NCBI GenBank assembly: GCA_964016885.1
Contig: CAXHJY010001451.1
Span: 124,001 to 188,000 of the forward strand
From: Eledone cirrhosa
Lineage: Eukaryota
DNA: 64,000 nt
Direction: 5' to 3'
A program made the translations under genes and the position numbers. The notes under the pieces are model-generated. The model made no database searches. It was not told the origin of the DNA and saw nothing but the letters and a program-made list of their open reading frames with translations. Shown here one piece after another: positions 15,691 to 64,000 of the stretch. Positions within the stretch are counted from its first letter, which is position 1. The number at the start of each line of letters is the position of its first letter.

Positions 15691-15906
15691 CCGTCGAACC
15701 TGCAGATCCAGAATCAGACACATCCACACACTGCTCGCGTCTCGAGGTGTCCACCAGGGAAACAATTGTAACTCAACACACAATAAATTGAGTTCAGATG
15801 CATCACTGATTTTTCGTTTTAAATTATATCATACTCTGCTCTGTAAGAGCATAGAGTGCTCAACCGGCATACCGCCTATGGAAGCATCTTAGCTACCATC
15901 AGACAG

Positions 15907-15954
<48 letters not shown>

Positions 15955-16198
15955 ATATGGGTGAGAAGAATACTGCTGGTTGCACATGGATAACATGTTA
16001 TAAAATGAGTCCCTCATCAGTGATTTACCAAACGATCATGGGTATTTCATCGCATTAAAAATCATATACCTCACGTTGGAGCGATAATAACTAAAATAAG
16101 TTATTAGGACAATAGAAACGCGTAAAGCGAGTGAGACAAGTAAACAACACAGGGGGAAGCTAAGATTCCTCTCAACGCAGCACAACATTCTCTTTTTT

Positions 16199-16233
<35 letters not shown>

Positions 16234-16239
<6 letters not shown>

Positions 16240-16296
16240 CGAGCATTATAATAAATGTTCGGCGAATCCATACGTACATATATATATGTGTGCATG

Positions 16297-16343
<47 letters not shown>

Positions 16344-16400
16344 CGAGCATTATAATAAATGTTCGGTGAATCCATACGTACATATATATATGTGTGCATG

Positions 16401-16449
<49 letters not shown>

Positions 16450-16506
16450 CGAGCATTATAATAAATGTTCGGTGAATCCATACGTACATATATATATGTG
16501 TGCATG

Positions 16507-16551
<45 letters not shown>

Positions 16552-16608
16552 CGAGCATTATAATAAATGTTCGGTGAATCCATACGTACATATATATATG
16601 TGTGCATG

Positions 16609-16649
<41 letters not shown>

Positions 16650-16706
16650 CGAGCATTATAATAAATGTTCGGTGAATCCATACGTATATATATATATGTG
16701 TGCATG

Positions 16707-16747
<41 letters not shown>

Positions 16748-16804
16748 CGAGCATTATAATAAATGTTCGGTGAATCCATACGTACATATATATATGTGTG
16801 CATG

Positions 16805-16845
<41 letters not shown>

Positions 16846-16906
16846 CGAGCATTATAATAAATGTTCGGTGAATCCATACGTACATATATATATGTGTGCA
16901 TGTATG

Positions 16907-16937
<31 letters not shown>

Positions 16938-16994
16938 CGAGCATTATAATAAATGTTCGGTGAATCCATACGTACATATATATATGTGTGCATG

Positions 16995-17031
<37 letters not shown>

Positions 17032-17084
17032 CGAGCATTATAATAAATGTTCGGTGAATCCATACGTACATATATATATGTGTG

Positions 17085-17133
<49 letters not shown>

Positions 17134-17187
17134 CGAGCATTATAATAAATGTTCGGTGAATCCATACGTACATATATATATGTGTGC

Positions 17188-17249
<62 letters not shown>

Positions 17250-17308
17250 CGAGCATTATAATAAATGTTCGGTGAATCCATACGTACATATATATATATG
17301 TGTGCATG

Positions 17309-17351
<43 letters not shown>

Positions 17352-17408
17352 CGAGCATTATAATAAATGTTCGGTGAATCCATACGTACATATATATATG
17401 TGTGCATG

Positions 17409-17449
<41 letters not shown>

Positions 17450-17510
17450 CGAGCATTATAATAAATGTTCGGTGAATCCATACGTACATATATATATGTG
17501 TGCATGTATG

Positions 17511-17581
<71 letters not shown>

Positions 17582-17902
17582 CGAGCATTATAATAAATGT
17601 TCGGTGAATCCATACGTACATATATATATGTGTGCATGTATGTATATATATATATATATATATATACACACCGAGCATTATAATAAATGTTCGGTGAATC
17701 CATACGTACATATATATATGTGTGCATGTATGTATATATATATATATACACACACCGAGCATTATAATAAATGTTCGGTGAATCCATACGTACATATATA
17801 TATGTGTGCATGTATGTATATATATATATATATATATATACACACCGAGCATTATAATAAATGTTCGGTGAATCCATACGTACATATATATATGTGTGCA
17901 TG

Positions 17903-17941
<39 letters not shown>

Positions 17942-17995
17942 CGAGCATTATAATAAATGTTCGGTGAATCCATACGTACATATATATATGTGTGC

Positions 17996-18055
<60 letters not shown>

Positions 18056-18112
18056 CGAGCATTATAATAAATGTTCGGTGAATCCATACGTACATATATA
18101 TATGTGTGCATC

Positions 18113-18153
<41 letters not shown>

Positions 18154-18210
18154 CGAGCATTATAATAAATGTTCGGTGAATCCATACGTACATATATATA
18201 TGTGTGCATG

Positions 18211-18251
<41 letters not shown>

Positions 18252-18308
18252 CGAGCATTATAATAAATGTTCGGTGAATCCATACGTACATATATATATG
18301 TGTGCATG

Positions 18309-18345
<37 letters not shown>

Positions 18346-18420
18346 CGAGCATTATAATAAATGTTCGGTGAATCCATACGTACATATATATATGTGTGCA
18401 TGTATGTATATGTATATATA
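16234..18420. repeat. 22-copy array of a ~66-bp hairpin-containing unit separated by variable (TA)n; single parental copy at 18771-18960
   Basis: Unit CACCGAGCATT-ataata-AATGTTCGGTG-aatccatacgtacatatatatatgtgtgcatgtatg. Confidence 0.95.
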
Positions 18421-18956
18421 TATATATACATACTACTGTACGTCTGTATACATATATGTATGTACATATAGATACTTATATTTAAGTAACAGCCGTACTA
18501 AGAGTGGGAAATGAAATTTCGTTTCATTTTTTCCGTTTATCGTTTTCGGTGCACCCGGACGATTAACCCACTCGATATGCAAATTGGGCTACTCAGCCGT
18601 TAATATGCATAAGGTAAGTATATACGTTCAACAATCTGGCAGGAAGGTATACGTTGCTGACGATAGCTAATAAGCTTGAAACTAGTACAGCGTTCCTTTG
18701 TCAGTGTTGAACAAAAGAGCAACGGTGGTTGCTAGACACTACGGCTTCATGCGGGATGTTTGTTTACAAACACACCGAGCATTATAATAAATGTTCGGTG
18801 AATCCATACGTACATATATATGTGTGTGTATGTATATATATATATATATACATACTACTGTACGTCTGTATACATATATGTATGTACACGTACATACTTA
18901 TATTTAAGTAACAGCCGTACTAAGAGTGGGAAATGAAATTTCGTTTCATTTTTTCC

Positions 18957-18995
<39 letters not shown>

Positions 18996-19023
18996 ATCAA
19001 AAGATGGTTAAAAGAGTTCCATG

Positions 19024-19094
19024 TATTTTATTATGCGCATTTCAAAAACAAATATCATCATGCAATAACATTTGCGTTTTCGTCAGATAAAATA
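19024..19094 (-). ncRNA. Type I hammerhead ribozyme motif; second copy at 26827-26897 (-)
   Basis: Minus: TATTTTAT-CTGACGA-AAACGCAAATGTTAT..ATGATATTTGTTTTT-GAAA-TGCGCA-TA-ATAAAATA; 8-bp stem I, palindromic stem III, AUA triplet. Confidence 0.75.
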
Positions 19095-19791
19095 GGGAGA
19101 CATGATATGAAGGTTAAAAAACACTTGTGAATAGTGAAGTTTTAAATCAACATATGAAAAGTAGTTTTAGATTGATGTGTGATATTGGGGAAAAAATTGA
19201 GGGGAGGGGGTTTTAAAGGATGAAAAAGAGGAGGAGATGAGAGTAAAAAGTGGAGGGGGGGGGGTATAATAAGGGAGGATGAGATAGGAGGAGAGATGGG
19301 TGATAGAAAGAGAGAGAGAGATAGCTTTTATAACTGAGAAAAATATATTGTTTTACATAGAGAGGTTAAAAAACCGTTGGAAGATAATATATAAATTAAA
19401 TTGTTATACTTTGGGAAGGTCATGTTGCCAATAAGAAACACACGCACCAGTTGCTTTCACTTATAAATTAAAAGAATTTAAAAATTAACGAAGAGAAAAA
19501 TTTTAGAATAATGTTAAATTAAGGTTTGTATATTGAAGGGTTTAATAATATGTGCGATGGAAAGAAATTGTTGATATGTATTATTAAAAAATATAAAAAT
19601 ATAACAATAGTAATGTAATTAAGGATATATTGTGAAAAGAAGTAGAAGAGTGGATGAATAAGTGTAATAAAACTCTTTTAACCATCTTTTGATCTTATAT
19701 ATTATTTATACTCCAGTCCTACAAACTGTAGAGTGCTACTTATCCGATATCTGCATTGCTTTATTGTACTACAATAAAACTCACCTCCTAC

Positions 19792-19830
<39 letters not shown>

Positions 19831-20231
19831 TACATATATATATAAATATACATATATATATAAATATACATATATATATATATACATATATATATAAATA
19901 TACATATATATATAAATATACATATATATATATAATTATACATATATATATATAATTATACATATATATATATAAATATACATATATATATATAAATATA
20001 CATATATATATATAAATATACATATATATATATAAATATACATATATATATATAAATATACATATATATATATAAATATACATATATATATATAAATATA
20101 CATATATAAATATACATATATAGAATTAATAAATCAGTACTCCAATGTTACTAGGTAGTCTCATTGGATGGAGTCAACAGACATCGGAGATTGCTCAACG
20201 TATAATAAAATATGCTTTAAAATCCGGAGAA

Positions 20232-21131
20232 AATATGAAGAAGAAGTTTATAAAACGGAAATGCGGGTATAAAGAATATATTAGGTAACAATAGTTTCTA
20301 TAGTGTGTGGATTACCTATACCTCGCTATTTGTATAATATAAAAATATTATCATAAATCGTAGGTACACTGTAAGAGAACTCACCATGTCGTCAGACCTT
20401 TGTGGTAGAATAAAGGTCTGACGACATGGTGTGTTCTCTTACAGTGTACCTACGATTTACACTGTAAGAGAACTCACCATGTCGTCAGACCTTTATGGTA
20501 GAATAAAGGTCTGACGACATGGTATGTTTTCTTACAGTGTACCTACGATTTACACTGTAAGAGAACTCACCATGTCGTCAGACCTTTATGGTAGAATAAA
20601 GGTCTGACGACATGGTGAGTTCTCTTACAGTGTACCTACGATTTACACTGTAAGAGAACTCACCATGTCGTCAGACCTTTATGGTAGAATAAAGGTCTGA
20701 CGACATGGTGTGTTCTCTTACAGTGTACCTACGATTTACACTGTAAGAGAACTCACCATGTCGTCAGACCTTTATGGTAGAATAAAGGTCTGACGACATG
20801 GTGTGTTCTCTTACAGTGTACCTACGATTTACACTGTAAGAGAACTCACCATGTCGTCAGACCTTTATGGTAGAATAAAGGTCTGACGACATGGTGTGTT
20901 CTCTTACAGTGTACCTACGATTTACACTGTAAGAGAACTCACCATGTCGTCAGACCTTTATGGTAGAATAAAGGTCTGACGACATGGTGTGTTCTCTTAC
21001 AGTGTACCTACGATTTATGATAATATTTTTATATTATACAAATAGCGAGGTATAGGTAATCCACACACTATAGAAACAATTGTTACCTAATATATTCTTT
21101 ATACCCGCATTTCCGTTTCATAAACTTCTTC

Positions 21132-21140
<9 letters not shown>
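20232..21140. repeat. Palindrome with ~130-bp arms enclosing 7 tandem 93-bp hairpin units
   Basis: Units start at about 20367+93n; each has a ~38-bp stem and GGTAGA loop; outer arms are reverse complements. Confidence 0.95.
20972..21088 (+). ncRNA. Hammerhead-like motif with long stem II; mirror copy at 20283-20399 (-)
   Basis: AGGT-CTGACGA-cATGGTGTG...CACACTATa-GAAA-CAATTG-TT-ACCT. Confidence 0.55.
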
Positions 21141-21169
<29 letters not shown>

Positions 21170-21530
21170 TATATATATATATATATATTCATATATATAT
21201 ATATTATGAAGAGAGAAGAAACATTTAGATATAATTAGTAATAAAATGTATCATACCTAAACTGCTTCTAGATTGCTCGACTACGTAGTTTCGTGGCATA
21301 AACAAAAACAATACATCATAAAGATATAGAGCATTTGCGAGGTCTGCCGACTTATCAAGAGGATACCTCGTTTTACTAGCCTCAAGAACGCGTCTATATG
21401 ATGTGAGAAAGAATCCCAAAAGGCGGAGGGGGAGACAGTCACGTGATACAACGGTCAAAAAACAGAGCTAAGCCCCTTATAACCCCGAAAAAAATACCAC
21501 GGAGACGGAGGGGGTATTTATCCCGAAGCC

Positions 21531-21559
<29 letters not shown>

Positions 21560-21563
<4 letters not shown>

Positions 21564-22192
21564 TATATTTCTTTATTAGCCACAGGGGCACAAAAGAAGG
21601 GGACAAATACAAAGGGGGAAGTTTACATACAATAAAAACGTGTAAAATGTTATCACAGATGGAATTAAAAAAGTTAGTCGATTTTCCCCAATAGAGGGAG
21701 ACAGTTTATATGGGTAACACATACCCCCGAAAAAAAATGTGCAACCCTCATCTCCAGGAGTACGAAGAGTTTGTACTCCCTTCCTCTCCTCCTCCTTTTC
21801 CTCAACCTACAGGCTGATATAGAGAGAAGGCCCATTCACTCAGGCCATTCTCGCCACTTTCACCCACCTTTCATAAAACTTGCTGGGGTACAGCACCTCT
21901 CTCTCCATCCTGACTCTTCTTCCAAAGTGGTATTTGAAAAAAAGAATCAGTTGTTGGCCGGAGAGAAAGGTGTCTGACCTCAGCCCTTTCAACCTTGTCC
22001 ACCATACAACCTCTTTCACCATAGCTATCACACAAAGGAAAACCGCCTCTCCTTCGTTTTTGAAGGAGGGTGGGAGGTTTGATCATGACAATGTACTCGG
22101 TGGTCAACTGGACTGGTCCCACCCGCGACAATAGTCGTTCTACATAGCCCCACAGGTCAGTGACGCCCGGGCAGTGTATGAATGCGTGCGCG
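21560..22192 (-). mobile_element. L1/Tx1-like LINE ORF2 C-terminal fragment
   Basis: HAFIHCPGVTDLWGYVERLL (zinc-knuckle-like end) then VIAMVKEVVWWTRLKGL...ERWVKVARMA; frameshifted. Confidence 0.6.
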
Positions 22193-22647
22193 AATAGATA
22201 GATAGATATATGCGTGTTGCGTGGTCCTATACAAAATGAATCAATAAAGAACAAGCTACTTACGGCTGAGAGAGTTTTTGAAGGTAGACCAGTCTCGGGA
22301 CCAACAGACGTGGGGCGACAAAAAACTACAAAGAAGAATTTCCAGAGGAATGCTGGGAACCCACGTGACACGATCACGTGCCACGTGATAGTCCATCGCA
22401 GGGTTAAACCCCGCAGATATTACTGGTACCCCTTTTCAGCTGAGTGTACTGGAGCAACGTGAAATGAAGTGTTTTGCTCAAGAACACAACACGCAACCCA
22501 GGAATCGAGCCCAACACCCTTACCACTAGGACACGTGCCTCCACACACACACACGCACATGTATGTATGTATGTATGTATGTATGTATGTATGTATGTAT
22601 ATGTATGTATGTATGTATGTATATATATGTATATGTATGTATGTATG

Positions 22648-22680
<33 letters not shown>

Positions 22681-22964
22681 GTATATATATATATGTGTGT
22701 ATATATATATGTGTGTATATATATATATATGTGTGTATATATATATATATGTGTGTATATATATATATATGTGTGTATATATATATATATGTGTATATAT
22801 ATATATATATATGTGTGTATATATATATATATATGTGTGTATATATATATATATGTGTATATATATATATGTGTATATATATATATGTGTATATATGCAT
22901 ATATATATACGTATATATATATGCACATATATATATATATATACACATATATATATATATACAC

Positions 22965-22999
<35 letters not shown>

Positions 23000-23053
23000 T
23001 ATATATACACATATATACACTTATACACACACAAACAATCCAATAGTCACGTG

Positions 23054-23088
<35 letters not shown>

Positions 23089-23146
23089 AAGAAGTATTAA
23101 ACAGTTGTGTTGCATCGCAGACGACAGAACATCCGAATCGTACAAA

Positions 23147-59219
<36,073 letters not shown>

Positions 59220-59228
<9 letters not shown>

Positions 59229-62200
59229 GTGAGACTAATGACACCTTAGTACAGGTGAGACTAATGACACCTTAGTACAGGTGAGACTAACGACACCTTA
59301 GTACAGGTGACACTAACGACACCTTAGTACAGGTGAGACTAACGACACCTTAATACAGGTGAGACTAACGACACCTTAATACAGGTGAGACTAACGACAC
59401 CTTAGTACAGGTGAGACTAATGACACCTTAGTACAGGTGAGACTAACGACACCTTAGTACAGGTGACACTAACGACACCTTAGTACAGGTGAGACTAACG
59501 ACACCTTAATACAGGTGAGACTAACGACACCTTAATACAGGTGAGACTAACGACACCTTAGTACAGGTGAGACTAATGACACCTTAGTACAGGTGAGACT
59601 AACGACACCTTAGTACAGGTGACACTAACGACACCTTAGTACAGGTGAGACTAACGACACCTTAGTACAGGTGAGACTAACGACACCTTAGTACAGGTGA
59701 GACTAATGACACCTTAGTACAGGTGAGACTAACGACACCTTAGTACAGGTGAGACTAACGACACCTTAGTACAGGTGAGACTAACGACACCTTAGTACAG
59801 GTGACACTAATGACACCTTAGTACAGGTGAGACTAATGACACCTTAGTACAGGTGACACTAACGACACCTTAGTACAGGTGAGACTAACGACACCTTAGT
59901 ACAGGTGACACTAACGACACCTTAGTACAGGTGAGACTAACGACACCTTAGTACAGGTGAGACTAACGACATCTTAGTACAGGTGAGACTAATGACACCT
60001 TAGTACAGGTGACACTAACGACACCTTAGTACAGGTGAGACTAACGACATCTTAGTACAGGTGAGACTAACGACACCTTAGTACAGGTGACACTAACGAC
60101 ACCTTAGTACAGGTGACACTAACAACACCTTAGTACAGGTGAGACTAACAACACCTTAGTACAGGTGACACTAATGACACCTTAGTACAGGTGACACTAA
60201 TGACACCTTAGTACAGGTGACACTAACGACACCTTAGTACAGGTGAGACTAACAACACCTTAGTACAGGTGACACTAACGACACCTTAGTACAGGTGACA
60301 CTAATGACACCTTAGTACAGGTGACACTAACGACACCTTACTACAGGTGACACTAATGACACCTTAGTACAGGTGAGACTAACGACACCTTAGTACAGGT
60401 GAGACTAACGACACCTTAGTACAGGTGAGACTAACAACACCTTAGTACAGGTGAGACTAACGACACCTTAGTACAGGTGAGACTAACGACACCTTAGTAC
60501 AGGTGAGACTAACAACACCTTAGTACAGGTGAGACTAACGACACCTTAGTACAGGTGAGACTAACGACACCTTAGTACAGGTGAGACTAACGACACCTTA
60601 GTACAGGTGACACTAACGACACCTTAGTACAGGTGACACTAACGACACCTTAGTACAGGTGAGACTAACGACACCTTAGTACAGGTGAGACTAACGACAC
60701 CTTAGTACAGGTGACACTAACGACACCTTAGTACAGGTGAGACTAACGACACCTTAGTACAGGTGAGACTAACGACACCTTAGTACAGGTGAGACTAACA
60801 ACACCTTAGTACAGGTGAGACTAACAACACCTTAGTACAGGTGACACTAACGACACCTTAGTACAGGTGAGACTAACGACACCTTAGTACAGGTGAGACT
60901 AACGACACCTTAGTACAGGTGAGACTAACGACACCTTAGTACAGGTGAGACTAACGACACCTTAGTACAGGTGAGACTAACAACACCTTAGTACAGGTGA
61001 GACTAACAACACCTTAGTACAGGTGACACTAACGACACCTTAGTATAGGTGAGACTAACGACACCTTAGTACAGGTGAGACTAACGACACCTTAGTACAG
61101 GTGACACTAACGACACCTTAGTACAGGTGAGACTAACGACACCTTAGTACAGGTGAGACTAACGACACCTTAGTACAGGTGAGACTAACGACACCTTAGT
61201 ACAGGTGAGACTAACAACACCTTAGTACAGGTGAGACTAACAACACCTTAGTACAGGTGACACTAACGACACCTTAGTACAGGTGAGACTAATGACACCT
61301 TAGTACAGGTGAGACTAACGACACCTTAGTACAGGTGAGACTAACAACACCTTAGTACAGGTGAGACTAACGACACCTTAGTACAGGTTACACTAACGAC
61401 ACCTTAGTACAGGTGAGACTAACGACACCTTAGTACAGGTGAGACTAACGACACCTTAGTACAGGTGAGACTAACGACACCTTAGTACAGGTGAGACTAA
61501 TGACACCTTAGTACAGGTGAGACTAACAACACCTTAGTACAGGTGACACTAACGACACCTTAGTACAGGTGACACTAACGACACCTTAGTACAGGTTACA
61601 CTAACGACACCTTAGTACAGGTGACACTAACGACACCTTAGTACAGGTGAGACTAACGACACCTTAGTACAGGTGACACTAACGACACCTTAGTACAGGT
61701 GAGACTAACGACACCTTAGTACAGGTGAGACTAATGACACCTTAGTACAGGTGACACTAACGACACCTTAGTACAGGTGACACTAACGACACCTTAGTAC
61801 AGGTGACACTAACGACATCTTAGTACAGGTGACACTAACGACACCTTAGTACAGGTGACACTAACGACACCTTAGTACAGGTGACACTAACGACACCTTA
61901 ATACAGGTGAGACTAACAACACCTTAGTACAGGTGACACTAACGACACCTTAGTACAGGTGAGACTAACGACACCTTAGTACAGGTGACACTAACAACAC
62001 CTTAGTACAGGTGACACTAACAACACCTTAGTACAGGTGACACTAACGACACCTTAGTACAGGTGACACTAACGACACCTTAGTACAGGTGACACTAACG
62101 ACACCTTAGTACAGGTGAGACTAATGACACCTTAGTACAGGTGACACTAACGACACCTTAGTACAGGTGAGACTAACGACACCTTAGTACAGGTGAGACT

Positions 62201-64000
62201 AACAACACCTTAGTACAGGTGAGACTAACAACACCTTAGTACAGGTGAGACTAACGACACCTTAGTACAGGTGAGACTAACAACACCTTAGTACAGGTGA
62301 CACTAACGACACCTTAGTACAGGTGACACTAACGACACCTTAGTACAGGTGAGACTAACGACACCTTAGTACAGGTGACACTAACAACACCTTAGTACAG
62401 GTGAGACTAACGACACCTTAGTACAGGTGAGACTAACTACACCTTAGTACAGGTGACACTAACGACACCTTAGTACAGGTGACACTAACGACACCTTAGT
62501 ACAGGTGACACTAATGACACCTTAGTACAGGTGAGACTAATGACACCTTAGTACAGGTGAGACTAATGACACCTTAGTACAGGTGACACTAACGACACCT
62601 TAGTACAGGTGACACTAACAACACCTTAGTACAGGTGACACTAACGACACCTTAGTACAGGTGACACTAACAACACCTTAGTACAGGTGACACTAACAAC
62701 ACCTTAGTACAGGTGACACTAACAACACCTTAGTACAGGTGACACTAACGACACCTTAGTACAGGTGACACTAACGACACCTTAGTACAGGTGACACTAA
62801 CGACACCTTAGTACAGGTGACACTAACAAACCCTTAGTACAGGTGACACTAACGACACCTTAGTACAGGTGAGACTAACGACACCTTAGTACAGGTGAGA
62901 CTAACGACACCTTAGTACAGGTGACACTAACGACACCTTAGTACAGGTGAGACTAATGACACCTTAGTACAGGTGACACTAACGACACCTTAGTACAGGT
63001 GACACTAACGACACCTTAGTACAGGTGACACTAACGACACCTTAGTACAGGTGAGACTAACGACACCTTAGTACAGGTGACACTGACAACACCTTAGTAC
63101 AGGTGACACTAATGACACCTTAGTACAGGTGAGACTAACGACACCTTAGTACAGGTGACACTAACGACACCTTAGTACAGGTGACACTAACGACACCTTA
63201 GTACAGGTGACACTAACGACACCTTAGTACAGGTGACACTAACGACACCTTAGTACAGGTGACACTAACGACACCCTAGTACAGGTGACACTAACAACAC
63301 CTTAGTACAGGTGACACTAACGACACCTTAGTACAGGTGACACTAACGACACCTTAGTACAGGTGACACTAACGACACCTTAGTACAGGTGAGACTAACA
63401 ACACCTTAGTACAGGTGACACTAACGACACCTTAGTACAGGTGACACTAACGACACCTTAGTACAGGTGACACTAACGACACCTTAGTACAGGTGAGACT
63501 AACAACACCTTAGTACAGGTGAGACTAACGACACCTTAGTACAGGTGAGACTAACAACACCTTAGTACAGGTGAGACTAACGACACCTTAGTACAGGTGA
63601 GACTAACAACACCTTAGTACAGGTGAGACTAACGACACCTTAGTACAGGTGAGACTAACAACACCTTAGTACAGGTGAGACTAACGACACCTTAGTACAG
63701 GTGAGACTAACAACACCTTAGTACAGGTGAGACTAACGACACCTTAGTACAGGTGACACTAACAACACCTTAGTACAGGTGAGACTAACGACACCTTAGT
63801 ACAGGTGAGACTAACGACACCTTAGTACAGGTGAGACTAACGACACCTTAGTACAGGTGAGACTAACAACACCTTAGTACAGGTGAGACTAACAACACCT
63901 TAGTACAGGTGACACTAACGACACCTTAGTACAGGTGACACTAACGACGCCTTAGTACAGGTGACACTAACGACACCTTAGTACAGGTGAGACTAACAAC
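59220..64000. repeat. 26-bp satellite, about 184 copies, running off the window
   Basis: Unit GTGA(G/C)ACTAA(C/T)(G/A)ACACCTTAGTACAG; the first unit overlaps the exon 10 donor. Confidence 0.98.

Noticed and set aside
16234-18420. CRISPR array
   Set aside because: Spacers are only (TA)n, no cas genes, eukaryotic context
18541-18770. Octamer ATGCAAAT and AG/gtaagt suggesting an snRNA promoter or exon
   Set aside because: No recognisable snRNA or ORF follows; isolated motifs only

Overview
Repeat-saturated eukaryotic DNA; the (TA)n/(CA)n-rich background, RTE LINEs and SINE families suggest an octopus or other cephalopod (inference). One real spliced gene can be reconstructed on the + strand: 10 phase-compatible exons (23147-59228, 318 aa, 3' end outside the window) encoding a FYVE zinc finger followed by armadillo-like repeats. 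Almost all long ORFs in the track are microsatellite or satellite artefacts. Bases 1-7437 are a near-identical copy of 27318-34727 ending at a 200-N gap, probably an assembly or haplotype artefact. Main observations: (1) about a dozen type I hammerhead-ribozyme motifs from several unrelated Penelope-like families, many inside long fold-back palindromes flanked by (TA)n, and several sense to the gene's introns; (2) a 26-bp satellite (~184 copies) built from the exon-10 splice donor, each unit reading GTGAGA-CTAAC-...-TACAG; (3) two different RTE LINE families whose homologous RRLRxxGH segment is tandemly amplified at five loci; (4) satellites grown inside a piggyBac-type MITE, SINEs and a ribozyme palindrome. 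All family assignments are by eye, with no database search.
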